Shown: positions 31,872 to 44,990 of the stretch, piece by piece | Layout: each line of letters opens with the position of its first letter | Numbering within the stretch: the first letter of the stretch is position 1 | NCBI GenBank assembly: GCA_964187785.1 | Contig: OZ076414.1 | Span: 1-64,000 of the forward strand | Source: Amphiscolops sp. MND2022 | Taxonomy: Eukaryota | Reading direction: 5' to 3' | Length of the DNA stretch: 64,000 nucleotides | The notes under the pieces: model-generated | Told to the model about the DNA's origin: nothing | Databases searched by the model: none | Seen by the model: the letters and a program-made list of their open reading frames with translations, nothing else | Position numbers and translations under genes: made by a program

Positions 31872-34800
31872 CTAGTATCTGTAGTCTTCTGAGTAGTTTG
31901 GGTTGGGGGTTAGGCCTGAGATTAAATTTCCCTCCTCGAGGGCTCAGACTTTCGTTTCTATTCTCATTTTCAGGTATTTCGGGCACGATAATATCTTCCC
32001 CCCTTTTTGGAGAATTTTGTAGGTCATTATCGTTGGTTGAATTTCTTTCTGAAATGATTTCGTCCTTTTTCAGGTCATTTGCTGTTCTCGGCAAATGTTT
32101 TCTTGAGTTTTTGGCGAAACGGCCTCTTTCGGCCAATCAGATTCTCCATTTGGTATTGCTTCGGTAGCGTCATTTCTCCTCGTGGCGTCATCACTTAAGC
32201 GTCCATTCCGACTGTGTACCGCGTTGTTGTTATTCATTTCTTCTCGCGTGATTATGTAATCTGCGTCATTTGTATTTTCTGCCGGATTCGGCTGTGCGCC
32301 GCTCGGCAAGCCAGTCGGAACAGGTGTGCTGCCTCGTGTAGCTAGCTGTTCACCAAAGTCGGTTTCCCACGTTATGATATATAAATCATCTTGCGGGATG
32401 ACAATTTCTTCATCTGGCTGTAGCCGTTGTTCTCGGAAATTGTCCTCAAGCGGTTGGTTGGGAATAAATTTTGTAAGGCGAATTCGATGCAAAATTTGAG
32501 TTTTATTTGTATTAAGTCGTCGTACTATGTAGTTTTCGTTGGGTAAAACTTTTTGGACTATAAATGGTCCAACCCATCGATAATCACGGAATGGAATCTT
32601 TGATCCTTGATTGTCCGCTTTCGGCTGTAGGACAAAACAGTACTCGCTCTCCTTTAATGGAGCAGCTTTCGCCTTGCGATCGCAATATTCTTTGTATTTA
32701 ATATACGACTGCATAATATTCTGCTTCGTCTTGTCAATCAAGGTTTTCGTCCGGTTTTGGATTTCTTCAGCAAATTCGGTTGTAGGGCTGATCTTTTCGT
32801 TTGGATTATTTCCAAGCTTGTGATCCAGAATATTGTAGGGAATTCTGCCATGGAATACCCTTGTTGGTTCACAACCGATGCTGGTATGATAGCTAGTTTT
32901 ATGATTAAGTACTGCTAATGGCAAGTATTTGTGCCATTGTTGGCGGTATTCCCCGCATGCCATTTTGCGATTTGTCTTTAATGAGGCATGGGTCCGCTCT
33001 AATTTCCCAATTGTCTGCGGGTGTTTCATCGTTGAACATTTGAGTGTGATGCCCAAAATCTGCGTAACCTCCGCAAAAATCGTAGAAGTGAATGCAGTAC
33101 CCTTATCAGTGATAAGAGTTGTTGGTAGATATGCATGCTTGGTCATGATGTCAATGAGCGCTTTTGCCACATTGATCGCTGATGAGTCCGTAAGAGGATA
33201 TGCGAACAAATATCTGGAAAATACGTCGATTGCCGTTAGGACATTTTCTTACCCTCCACTTGGGGGGAGATTCGGCAATATGTCGATTTGCATGGCGTCT
33301 TCAGGTCCAAGGTCCCACTCGGGCAAGTTGAGCAGCTCAGGTGTGGTTGTTGCGTTGGGGACTCTTTTGTCTCTGGCACATTGTTCGCACCCTTCTACCC
33401 ACTTTTTGACGTGTTTAGCCATGCGAGGGTAGTAGTACCTCTGTCTTATTTCCTGTAACATTTTTGAAATCCCGGGGTGTTTATGCGCTGTCCCGTGAAG
33501 GGATTGAAGCAAATCCCGGAGTAAGTGCTGCGGGAGCAAAATTTGATAGTTTTTAATATTGCCTGTTTCATCAAAATATTGCCTCGTCAGGATTTCGTCC
33601 TTTAGTACAATTCGTTCCAGATTGTTTGCGTAATGTCTATATCGGGCATCCTGGTGCAGTAGATTTTCTGAATACTCTTCATGAAGCAGTTTTGCTTTCA
33701 ATTGTTGTAGTACTGCATCTTTGGATTGCTCGATAATGATTTGGTTCGTTTTCCTCAATCGGACTTGTATATCGGGGTGTTGCTTGACCAGATGTGTTGA
33801 CAGAGTTTTTATAGTAACAGTGGGCTCATCAGTTGCTGGATTTTTCGTGATTGCTTCTTTCCTTGCCCAATACTGTTCTTCTGTCTCATCGTCGTCATTG
33901 GTGTAGAAGATTTGTTCTTCTTGTGACACCCCTGCGGATTGGACATTGATTTCGATTGGTAGTGTTTGTATCTTCGCGAACATTTTAAATCTTCGCGAAT
34001 TTTCATCACCAATTTGTCCTTCGGATCTGCTTCCAATCGGGACAAATAGTCGGCAGCTGTATTTTGTGCCCCTGGGATGTGTGCTATGACAAAATTGAAC
34101 TGGATGACATAATCACACGCGTTCCACAGGGCTGGGGGTATTATTTTCGTTTGGAAAAATCTTGTGACAGCTTTGTTGTCCGTAAGGATGATGACCGGTT
34201 TTGGCGCACCCCAGAAGATATGTCCGAATTCTTTAAATGCAAAATAAATTGCTAGAAATTCCTTTGCATATATTGACATCTTGATTTGTGCTGGGGTGAA
34301 AATTTTTGATCCATATGCGACCGGTGCATACGATTTTCTGAGTGATGTAAATTTCTGACTTGGGTCGTCTTCAATTAGGACCGCGTACCCGGCTGCACCA
34401 AAACTTGCGTCAGTCATTAGTGCTATTTGCTTGTTCGGAATGGGTTGCTGTAGGGCCAAATCGCAACATTTGTCTAGTGCTTTGTTGATTTCTTCGAATT
34501 GCTGGACTAATTCTTTCGATACTAGGACTTTTTCGTCACTTTTCAGCATCTTGTAGAAAGGGGCAAGGCGTTCTGAAAGTCTTGGGACATAATTTCTGAA
34601 GTAATTCAAAAATCCCAAATAACGCTGTAAAGCCTTTTTCGACTTTGGGAACTTAGTCTTTTCTAGGAAGTTTTGAACATTCTGCTTTTGGGGTTTAACG
34701 CCTTGTGGGGTAATTGTCCGTCCAAGAAAATCAATCTCTTTTGCACCAAAGTGACATTTGTGCATTTTCAATTTAAGGCCTGCTTCCTGGATGCATTTGA

Positions 34801-37691
34801 ACGTAGCTCTCAGGTTCGTCATGAGGTGGTCAGCATCATTGGCTGCGATGCCGATATCATCCACGTACTGGGCGCACTGATCCGCTTTGATAACTTTATC
34901 GAGGTATTCCCTCATAAAACTCGAGAATGCGGATAGTGACCGGCTAAGACCTTTTGCCAAACGTCTGTAGGCGAATGTGCGACTGGCAAAATTGAAAGCC
35001 AACATTTCGATTGAACGTTGGTCGGCCATTGGTAGGCAGTGATATGCCTGCGAACAGTCTAATTTACAGAACAGTTTTTTGCCTGCCAAGTGTTGGGCGG
35101 CATCAACTAGTGTACTGACGGGGTGATTATTGTTGATATAATCATCCGAGATGAGGTTGTTGATTTTTCTCAAGTCAACCAAGAGTCGGAGTTTCCCATT
35201 CGGCTTCTTTTGTGCAAATATTGGACTCGCGTATTTCGAAAATGGCAGTGTAGTTATTATGCCCTATTTGTGTAACATGGCTAATTCAACTAGGATGTCC
35301 TCCTTCAAATTGATAGGAGCTGGAAGGCTTTGACTATAGGCTGGGGAATCGTCCTTAGGCGTCAGTTTCACCTTGAATTCCTCGTTCATGCCTATATCAA
35401 ATCGGTGTCGTGCAAAGATGTCATGGAATTCGACTAACAGTTCCTCAATTTTCTCCTTTTCTTCAGGAGTAAGGGTGGAATCTTTCCAATCAAAGTTTTC
35501 TAAGAATTGTGCACGCGATTCCTCATCTTTGGAGGGGTCAAGTGTCTCCAGGTCCTGTAAGGCCTGTAATTCTCGAAGGATTCGTTTTTGTATAGGTGTG
35601 TGTTCCTCAGGATTTCCAGAATTTTCTGGAGTCGGGAACCAATAATTTTCGGAGTTTTGCGGATTTCTATTGGTCTTGATTAGACTGCTGACATAGTGGG
35701 CTGCCTGCTCCTGGTCATTCTGCAAAAGCATTACAGTGCATAGACAAGCTTTTTCTGGCCATTTTGCGGAAACCACGACAAGGATTTGCGGAATCCATGA
35801 CACGCTTACAGAATTCCAATCTCTTTGATGTTTGCGGAATCTAAGAAAAGCCCTGCCTTTGATGTTGCGGAAAGTAAGAAAATCTTACTTTCCACAAATT
35901 CAAATCTCGGATTCCACGGAAAAATTTAATGAGCCAATTAACCGTCTTGGACTCAATTATCTATCTTAGATTCCGCAATTGAAACTGGTCCTCAATTTAA
36001 TCTCTTGGATTCCGCAAAAAAATTCTAGTCTCCTCAAATTACACCCTAGCCTATTCTGAGAATCCTAGATCCCTGGATCTCCTTAAAAGACCTGAGATTG
36101 GTACCAAATAGAATTTTCGAGAGTTTTAATGTGATTATGTTGGTATTGAAGTTCTTTTTTGAAGAACTTTTGAAATGATGGAAACCCTTGATTGGGACCA
36201 AATAGTTTTAGTGTTTTTATGTTTGTATTGAAGTTCTTTTTATGAAGAACTTTTGAAATTATGGAAACCCTTGATTGGGACCAAATAGTTTTATACGGTA
36301 CATAAATTATACTTGAAACTTTGTTTTCCAAGAAATTTCGATTTTATGGGAAACCGTGTTTGCAAACGTTCATTTAGCAAACAATTATTGCGTCCATACT
36401 GTCAATTAAGTAAATTAGTTTGATTCAGAGATAAAAGGAAAATAGCCGACACTTCTACGGATTCTGAGATCAAGTTGAGGATTAAGATTTTGTGGATTCT
36501 AGGACACCAAATTTTCAAGCAATTTGATTGGTTCACAAAATTGTTGTGGAATCCGGGACCATGAAATGCGGAAAGTAAGACAAAAAGTTGCCGACAGCTC
36601 TGCAGCACAGCTAATGTTTTAAGTATTTGTTATTGGATTCCACAGAATTGCGTTGACGCTGTCTCGGTTTCCACAAAACTAGTGGAAATTAATCAATTTT
36701 GCACGTTTGAAGACATGTCGGTGGAATCTAAGGGGTTACACGCACAGAATTGTGTTTGTAGAAAATTAGCCTGTCTATGCACTGTAATGAGGTGCCAGGT
36801 TGATGCCGGGTCTACCGGTTTGACATACTTCATCTGTTCTGGCGTCATGACAGAGAAATTGGCAATATGAAGTCCCTTTTTGAGTTTATAAGGGTGGTCT
36901 GTGAAATTGTTCACTGGTATCAATATTTTGCCGTCATTCAGAGTGATCAAAGCTGGGCAGAATGTGATGTCGCCCTCTTCATGTAGAAGGTCGCTCGGTT
37001 GCAAAATTCCAGTGACAGCATTCTCAGGGTACAGAAGGGAATTGGTCCTAATTAGGACTCTATCATTTGGTGGAATAGTTATCTCAATAGGGTTGAGAAT
37101 TGGTTCTAATACATTCGAATTTTTCTGGTCCGCTGTTTTGAGCTGCATTGAGGAGAACGGGAAATTCAGTATTCCTTGTCTCATGTCCAGAACTGTATGG
37201 TTTCGTTGAAGGAACATTAGGCCAATAATCGGACCTGTCAGGTGTTCCATGACTATAAAGATCTCATGAAACTCGATGTAACCAACTTCAAATTTGAGCT
37301 CTATGGTACTCTTAGGAGTTTCCAATTGCCCATTAGCGACCATTATTTGGAAATTCGGAGGCGGACCTTCCCGGATAACAGATTGTGAAGATAAAAGTCG
37401 AAATTTCCGGAGGTCCATTTCAGGAATTGCACTGGACAGCGCTCCAGTGTCAATAAGTCCATCTATGGTCAATTCCCCAAAGTCCATTGGGAAGTACAAC
37501 ATGCGTTTCTTGCATTTGAGATTGATGTTGGTCGACGGTGGTATACAGTCTGGTTCACCGTCTCTAGTGATTAAGACATTTTGGAACTGTTTCTCGTCTA
37601 TCAATGATTGTGGTATGGGTTCAACATTGCTGTCATGGGTCTCGGTCCCCAATGGGTTTGGGAACACTGGATGGTTTGTGCCATCATTCAT
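31872..37691 (-). pseudogene. pol: Gypsy pol (protease, RT, RNase H, integrase), disrupted by stops, frameshifts and an insertion
   Basis: LIDTGA protease; YVDD RT; TDAS RNase H; H..H..C..C integrase zinc finger; TDKGTAF and LERTH integrase core; GPF motif. Confidence 0.95.
35729..36789. mobile_element. Non-autonomous DNA transposon (1061 bp), CMC/CACTA-like, inserted in pol
   Basis: 22-bp TIR CATTACAGTGCATAGACA(A/G)GCT; 2-bp TSD AG; removing it restores ...TWHLLQND in frame; many subterminal GCGGAA/GATTCC repeats and an internal ~90-bp tandem duplication. Confidence 0.85.
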
Positions 37692-38133
37692 TTGCCAGTT
37701 TTCAATTATTGCTCTGGTCTCCTTATTGTGGGTGATTGGAGGGTTCTCGTGGACTGTCCGATTGTAGTGTTCAATATCATCTAGAACGTATTGAAGTTGT
37801 AATAGTTCTTGGTTATAGATCTCGGTGTCCCAATAGGGATCTCCGCCGTAGTCTTGATCGATATACGTTGGATTGTAGTTATCGACTAGGGGAATGGGCC
37901 TGAACCGAGTAGTAAAGAAGGTGTATAGTCAGGGTCCCAAACAGGAATTGGTTTTTGGAATAAATGGGTGTTGTTATAGGTGATGGTGATAGCTTTGTCC
38001 ATCTGTTGCTGCCAGACAAGAGAGGGATAGCCCATCAATTGTTGAGTATATTGATGAAAAGTTTTTGTTGGAGGATCCGACCTGATGTATTGGCGGACGG
38101 ATATCAGTTCGTTGTATTGGAGTCGTGGCGAAG

Positions 38134-39829
38134 TTAGTTTTTTGACTCATCATTAGAAGATGAGGACTGGGAGTTTGAAGATGTTGACCTGTTTTGCTGT
38201 TTCTGAGCCTTTAAATTGGGTTTACCGTCATTAGCGTCATCTGGTCTGGTGCGTTTGGGTTTGAGATCCGCACCAGCACCTTGCCAACATCTTTCTTCCG
38301 GGTGGTTCTTTTTGCCACAGGTGCCACACTGTGGATACGTTTTCTTCTGAGTTGACTTGCCTTGTTGGGCATCTTTCTCTTTCTTCTTTTTGAGCTTTTT
38401 ACAGTCTTTGACCATGCGGCCCTTTTCCTTGCAGTAATTGCAAGTGATGTCTGACATTTGCCCAGTGGACAGAGGAGTTTTAGGCTTGGCAGATGAGGAA
38501 GTCATTGTCGCCATTGGTAGGTCATCTGATTCCTCAAGGGCGTTGAGCTCCAATTCTCTCTCCAAATGAGCAACAATTTCGTCGTATGAGCCATTTTCTA
38601 GTCTGGCCATGTTGACAGACCGTTTCAACTTAGGTGGCAGTTTTGCGTAAAGCAAGCTGTCAATCATTTTCTGTGCATGATCACCAAACGCCTTTTTGCT
38701 CCCTGGTTTAATTCTTTGAGAAAATCAGGCAGTTTCATTGTATTGGGATCGAAGACCAGACGGTGTCATTTATGTTTGGCAGTCGCCTGTGACTCGGGCT
38801 TGACGTATTTTTGTCTAAAGATGACCAATACGTCCTCTAGAGTTTGTCGGTTGCTTGAGCTGATGTTTCTGAATGTCTGAAGAGCATTCTTCCTCAATAA
38901 AGAGCGGAAGTGATTGATCTTCATTTGCTCAGTCATTTCTGGTTGCATCTTGATCATAGTGTGAAATAGGTCTTCGAACCGCTCCAATTTGTCACTTTTG
39001 CCATCGAATGTCATAGTATTTGAGTTGACTGGGCGTATTGTGAGTTGCTGGGCTGTCGGTCTATTCTGCATCGTAGTCAAGACGTCTGCCAGTCGAGTGA
39101 TGGGGTCAGGGTCAGCAGCCGTAGCAATTCTCTCCTGCGCTGGGATCGTCGTGTCGAGGTTAATGTCCTCATAGGACCTGTCGAGATGATTCCTTGATGA
39201 GATTCGTCCTGTGAGAAACTCAGAAACTTGATTTGGAGATTCGTTGTCTCCTGTCACCATGTCATGAACATTACGGTATGGTTTGTCACCGTGTTCATTG
39301 TTTAGGGTAGTTTTAGCTTTGACATTGTGCTGAGCTTCGGAATAACTTTCCGGTCTCTCATCGGATCTCTCCCATCCCCTTCTAGTCTCTGGTCCTGAAC
39401 CGGCCATAATAGAATTTTGGATCTGAGGCAAAACCTAGTTATTGATGGCATCACTTATGGCTCTTTAAATCTGTGAACTAACGCTGTTCATCATCTCATC
39501 CATCTCTCTAGATATTCTAGAGTTCAATTCACTCGATAACCTATTGATCTCAGCTTGGGAATCTACACTCACTGAATTATGACCATAACCGGCGCTGGTT
39601 CCGGTGTCACGGTTTCTATGATCGGAATGGAGATTTATTTTTTATTCATTTCTAAATTATTACTTGTAATGCTTTCTTGCCTCCTAATCGAGGTGCCATT
39701 AAGGCTGTCGTCTCTTTCTGTCCCATTAGAGTGATTCTCACCTAACATAATATCAAGGTTCTCAATGTCTGAGAGAATCTCTAATCCCCTAGATTTTCTT
39801 GCCTTCTTTTGTTTTCTTGTAGTAGGCAT
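38134..39829 (-). pseudogene. gag: Gypsy gag (starts inside the LTR), with stop codons
   Basis: FDGKSDKLERF..F capsid-like motif; zinc knuckles CNYCKEKGRMVKDC and CGTCGKKNHPEERC; stops near 39635, 39437 and 38766. Confidence 0.88.
39248..39259 (-). promoter_or_regulatory. Primer-binding site TGGTGACAGGAG (tRNA-Leu-like)
   Basis: TGG immediately follows the LTR end ...CATGACA at 39260; the tRNA identity is inferred from similarity to TGGTGTCAGGAG. Confidence 0.75.
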
Positions 39830-40363
39830 TAAGACGGAACCGGGTTGAAAACTTGAATTGTCAATTCCGGAAAAGTTAACAGTGAAACCGTTTTGGATAA
39901 CTTTACTAGCATGGACCAAAATGAATTAATGAATTCCCCAAGCGTGGCAATGGTATATATACCGCACGGGGAGTGGCAAACGCATTTTTTGCATGACTAG
40001 TAAATCATATGACATGTAGCATCAAAGAAATTATCCCAGCGTTTACATATTTCGGGATTTTCAACTAACAATTCTCGGAAAGAATTTAATTCGGTAACAT
40101 CAAGCAAATCATTGACTCAACTATTTGCATCAAAGTGTCGCCGAATTGTGATCATAAGGTCACGCGGCCGTTCAAATTCCTGTTTTGACATCTTCAACAA
40201 GTATTCAAAAGGCACACGGTACATCAAATAGCATCAATTAAAATGTTTACACCGCTAATATTTCAGGAATGCTCACAATCTCGTGTCGGCACGTGTCCTG
40301 TTAGCAGGCTAAATCAACTTGTATCCAACAATGTTACATGTAATAACATACATTGGCTTTTAT
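39260..40363 (-). repeat. Truncated 5' LTR (U5-side 1104 bp)
   Basis: Direct repeat of 23617-~24721; breaks off at ...GGCTTTTAT. Confidence 0.9.
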
Positions 40364-42376
40364 TGTCGCAGGCTGCCGCCTGTGACGGCACAAGAAATAC
40401 AACTACTGCAGAAGGGCAGGAAATAGCGGCCGGAACATTACCAACATATTAGAGGTAAACATTAAAACACAAACTTTGTTTTTATTTTTTAGTTTACAAG
40501 TTGTACCTATTACCGGTGCTAATTTTGCGTTTAGTATATAGTTTGCAGGTATTAGTCCGTTAATGCCAACATTTGAAAGCACAGATGATGTATTGACAAT
40601 GTAAAGTTAGATATGCAATATAAACGCGCTGTTATAGCAATACAAAGGCAGCTAGAAAGCGTAAAGGAAACGAGTTCAAGTGGACGTAAACTCCAATTCC
40701 GGAGACGTCACTTGAGCTCAACATATTAGCCAATCATATTCATCCATTTGAGTATTACTAGTGCTGTATTTAATTAATGGCCGGTTAAGGCCATGTGCCA
40801 GATTTTCATCGCCAATTAATTGACGCTTTAGTCAAACGGCCGGTTCCGGCCTTAGTGTTCAGATGAGAGAATACTAACGTAGACATCGCTATAGTTCGCT
40901 AAATAATTGTCTAACCATGTCCCTGTGCTAATTAAACGTGCATTTTAGCTAATTGGCGCTTTATTCTACTCATTCAAATATTAGGCCGAATAAGGCCATT
41001 TGCCTGATTTCCATCCTTTGCTGCTATGGCCAACCGGACAATGGCCGGTTAAGGCCCTCTTTCAAACTTATTATCCAGATGCTAGTTTCAACTATTGAGT
41101 GTACTTTAAATGTCATGTATAATTACAAGTACGTTACAAACAATCATGCAGTTCTTGAAACTAATTGATACAATCAATACCAGTGTATGATGTTGCTGTT
41201 ATTATTGGTCCAAAAGACCTGTCCGGATTTATTAGCCAGTTCACACATGTAATTTATGGGTGTAATATATAAAAGCCAATGTATGTTATTACATGTAACA
41301 TTGTTGGATACAAGTTGATTTAGCCTGCTAACAGGACACGTGCCGACACGAGATTGTCAGCATTCCTGAACTATTAGCGGTGTAAACATTTTAATTGATG
41401 CTATTTGATGTACCGTGTGCCTTTTGAATACTTGTTGAAGATGTCAAAACAGGAATTTGAACGGCCGCGTGACCTTATGATCACAATTCGGCGACACTTT
41501 GATGCAAATAGTTTAGTCAATGATTTGCTTGATGTTACCGAATTGATTAAATTCTTTCCGAGAATTGTTAGTTGAAAATCCCGAAATATGTAAACGCTGG
41601 GATAATTCCTTTGATGCTACATATCATATGATTTACTAGTCATGCAAAAAATGCGTTTGCCACTCCCCGTGCGGTATATATACCATTGCCCCGCTTGGGG
41701 AATTCATTATTTCATTTTGGTCCATGCTAGTAAAGTTATCCAAAACGGTTTCACTGTTAACTTTTCCGGAATTGACAATTCAAGTTTTCAACCCGGTTCC
41801 GTCTTAATGCCTACTACAAGAAACCAAAAGAAGGCAAGAAAATCTAGGGGATTAGAGATTCTCTCAGACATTGAGAACCTTGATATTATGTTAGGTGAGA
41901 ATCACTTTAATGGGACAGAAAGAGACGACAGCCTTAATGGCACCTCGATTAGGAGGCAAGAAAGCATTACAAGTAATAATTTAGAAATGAATAAAAAATA
42001 AATCTCCATTCCGATCATAGAAACCGTGACACCGGAACCAGCGCCGGTTATGGTCATAATTCAGTGAGTGTAGATTCCCAAGCTGAGATCAATAGGTTAT
42101 CGAGTGAATTGAACTCTAGAATATCTAGAGAGATGGATGAGATGATGAACAGCGTTAGTTCACAGATTTAAAGAGCCATAAGTGATGCCATCAATAACCA
42201 GGTTTTGCCTCAGATCCAAAACATTATTATGGCAGGTTCAGGACCAGAGACTAGAAGGGGATGGGAGAGATCCGATGAGAGACCGGAAAGTTATTCCGAA
42301 GCTCAGCACAATGTGAAAGCTAAAACTACCCTAAACAATGAACACGGTGACAAACCATACCATAATGTTCATGACA
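40364..42376 (+). repeat. Full-length LTR in inverted orientation (2013 bp)
   Basis: Reverse complement of 23617-25627; starts TGTCGC and ends CATGACA followed by the TSD. Confidence 0.92.
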
Positions 42377-42984
42377 GTAATCATGTTTGAAGGTTAGAGA
42401 AGATAACAAATGAAATGACTTACAAATGTTAAACAAATCATATGAAACATAATGAACATCATCATCAACAAACATCAATTTCAACTTTAAGACAAATTAC
42501 CAATTTCCAGGTTGTGAGAAAAATATCAGTATGTTCTCTGAGGAGAAAAAACTACCCTAATCTTTCTTAAGCTTATAAAAAAGTGAATGTTTATTGGTTT
42601 TTCAGTCCATGAGCATACGATAGTGTTTACTAAAAACTTTACAAAGAGAGTTTCGAAGAGGCCCTGTCGTTGACGAAAAACTTCCAATTTTGGATTTGGA
42701 AGTCATTGCGGAAACTCCGCGTTTTTTTTGCAGTCCATGACCAAGTGATGAAACGTTTCAAATTTCAAAATTTCAAAGACGAAAGGAGTTTTTTTTAGTC
42801 GACGCTTTTCTTAAGAAAAGAGTCGACCATAGTCATGGCTTTTTGTCAGTGTTTTTTTCAAGACCACCTGAAGTTACCAAAATAGTTCTACCAAAAGTTC
42901 TACAAAATTTTGAGAAGACGCCAAATGGTACCTGTTAGCCCAAGGAACTGAACCAAAAAGGTTTCCTGCGTAACATACAATACC

Positions 42985-43150
42985 GGAAAAGACCAAAGGG
43001 TCCCCTTTCAGTTTTTTTGGCATTGCGAGACTTTTTTGAATTTTTTTTCATTAAAGGTTCCAAATTCACCAAGACTTTGACATTTTGAAGTTCTTTTGCT
43101 ATTTTTGAGCCTTAGATATGGCGCCGACTTGGGCCGGTCCCGGCTCGTTC
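42985..43150. repeat. Possible interspersed-repeat end with a GC-rich terminal segment
   Basis: GC-rich GCGCCGACTTGGGCCGGTCCCGGCTCGTT after an AT-rich body; cannot be classified from one copy. Confidence 0.25.
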
Positions 43151-44683
43151 CTAAAACAGTTGTAATGCTGAGATGAGTTCGTGCGACGGCTGTGAGTCAG
43201 AACAACTCTTTGTTGCAATTCGAGATAGTGATTGAATCAAAATAGACAAATAATTGGGCAGCTTGACCAAACAGGATGCGCGCTAGCTTTCCCATCATAA
43301 AATCGCAGATTCGATTTCCGAGACTGGCAAACGTTTGGGACATATATTGAAATGTTCGAAAAGTAAATCTTTCAAACAACCATGAAATTGTTGCCTTAAA
43401 GGTCTTGCTAGCCATTGTTTATTATTTTTGGAATTATTGCGAATCAATTATTGTTCTTTTGCCTGCCCGCTTAAATACACAACAATCTCGATCAATCATT
43501 TTGGCCTCGATTTGTTATCAAAAATATCTGTAGGTTTTTGGCCGTCAAAATATTATTGAATTCTTTCGTCTCTCTAAACTTGCCAAAATCTAGCTGTTTT
43601 TATACTTTTAACGTGGTAGTTTTTGCAATCACAACAACGACATAAATAGTGTCAATAGCTGTTAAACAGACAAAAAACGTCTCAAATAGGCGCCTGTCTA
43701 ATATTTTAAATGTCTTAAATTCTTTCAATTGGATGATGTTTCAGAAATTTTCATGAGATTCGGAGTACCGGATGTTGAATTCCTAAGCTAGGTTAAGATA
43801 AGAGAAGACTGTAAAAGATCAGTTGTATTTTGTAACTCTATCTCGTATCAAAACTATACGATTAATGTCTACAAAATATAAATCTATGGTTTCAAGTTTG
43901 TTTGTAAACAACTTGTTCGGTAGTCTGAGTTTTGTAGAGTTCATCCGGGATCAAGACCGTATTACACCGGAAATATTCAATGGGGTAATTTGCTCGAAAA
44001 GTGTTTTTCTCAAAGGGAAAGTTTGTTTTTCTCAAACAGCTAAATTGGCGAAAAAATGCTGCTTAGATTTTTTTACATTCTTTTACTAAGAAACGAAAAC
44101 ATTTCCACATCGTTAACCACTTGGTCAGTTTGTTGTCACACCCTCGCTTCTCAACTACTGAGCTTGTGATGTAATCATCGTTGCTCAAATTGCAGGCTGA
44201 AAGTGACGCGAACTCGCAAACTACAAAATGACTTCAAAATTTTTCTCAATAAAATACAGTTTGAGTGGAAAATCAGTTCTGAAAAATAAAAAATTGTATT
44301 GAATCACAACAGCAAATATTCAGGGAGAAAAGATACTTCATTTCGTCTTTCTGGTTTTACTTGTTTCCCGACATCTTTAATTTCCGACTATTTATTGCAA
44401 ATGTATGTTTCTTACCATGCTCAGCTATCTAAGCTTTCATAATACAACTTGATTTTCTCTGAACGTTTTCTTCAATGACATCCAAAAACGTCGGGAGATT
44501 CAACTTTTGATAGAACAAGCATTGTTTTTTTTTCACATAGAAACGAATTCAAGCGTTTCTTTCAAATCATACATTTCTTCTGAAGGTGTCGATCTTACTT
44601 AAGTTTGAAATTGCAGCGATTCTTCTGAGTTGCTGGCGTGTGTTGCGTAACAGTATACGAACTCTATCGATTATTTCGTAGTA

Positions 44684-44990
44684 CAGTCTTACCACGACGT
44701 CATGCCAATCGTTGCACAGGATCTAGCTCAATTGGACGACCGCTCAACTAACCGATTGATCAATTGAAAGACTATGAGCTGTTTCTAAAATATTATTGGT
44801 TGATTCATCTTCGCTGACAGACTCCGATTACGTAATCATTACAAGTTGTGAGCGGAACTGAAAATGGAATGCGTGCAAAATCGATCAATTGCACAGTCGT
44901 CTAACTGAGCGGTCGTCCAATTGAACGGTTCCCTGTGGACAATTACAGCTGGGACATAACGTAATCATTACCTCAATTGTGGTGTGATTG
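44684..44990. mobile_element. Old Tc1/mariner-like MITE (~307 bp)
   Basis: TA flanks; degenerate TIR CAGTCTTACCAC/CAATCACACCAC; stronger inner inverted repeat TCAATTGGACGACCGCTCA. Confidence 0.45.

Larger units (their letters stand above)
23617..42376 (-). mobile_element. Gypsy LTR retrotransposon (degenerate) with rearranged termini, 18,760 bp
   Basis: gag-PR-RT-RNase H-IN order on the - strand; termini TGTCATGAAC...GTTCATGACA; 5-bp TSD GTAAT at 23612-23616 and 42377-42381. Confidence 0.93.

Noticed and set aside
36136-36292. CRISPR-like direct repeats
   Set aside because: Only two ~65-bp copies inside a eukaryotic MITE, with no spacer array or cas genes.
35729-36789. Tc1/mariner MITE reading (TA TSD, CAGTG ends)
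   Set aside because: Excision under that reading leaves pol out of frame, and the inverted repeat extends through CATTA/TAATG.
23617-42376. DIRS-type or DNA-transposon interpretation of the inverted termini
   Set aside because: It encodes a DDE integrase in Gypsy order with a PBS and a 5-bp TSD; no tyrosine recombinase or transposase core is present.
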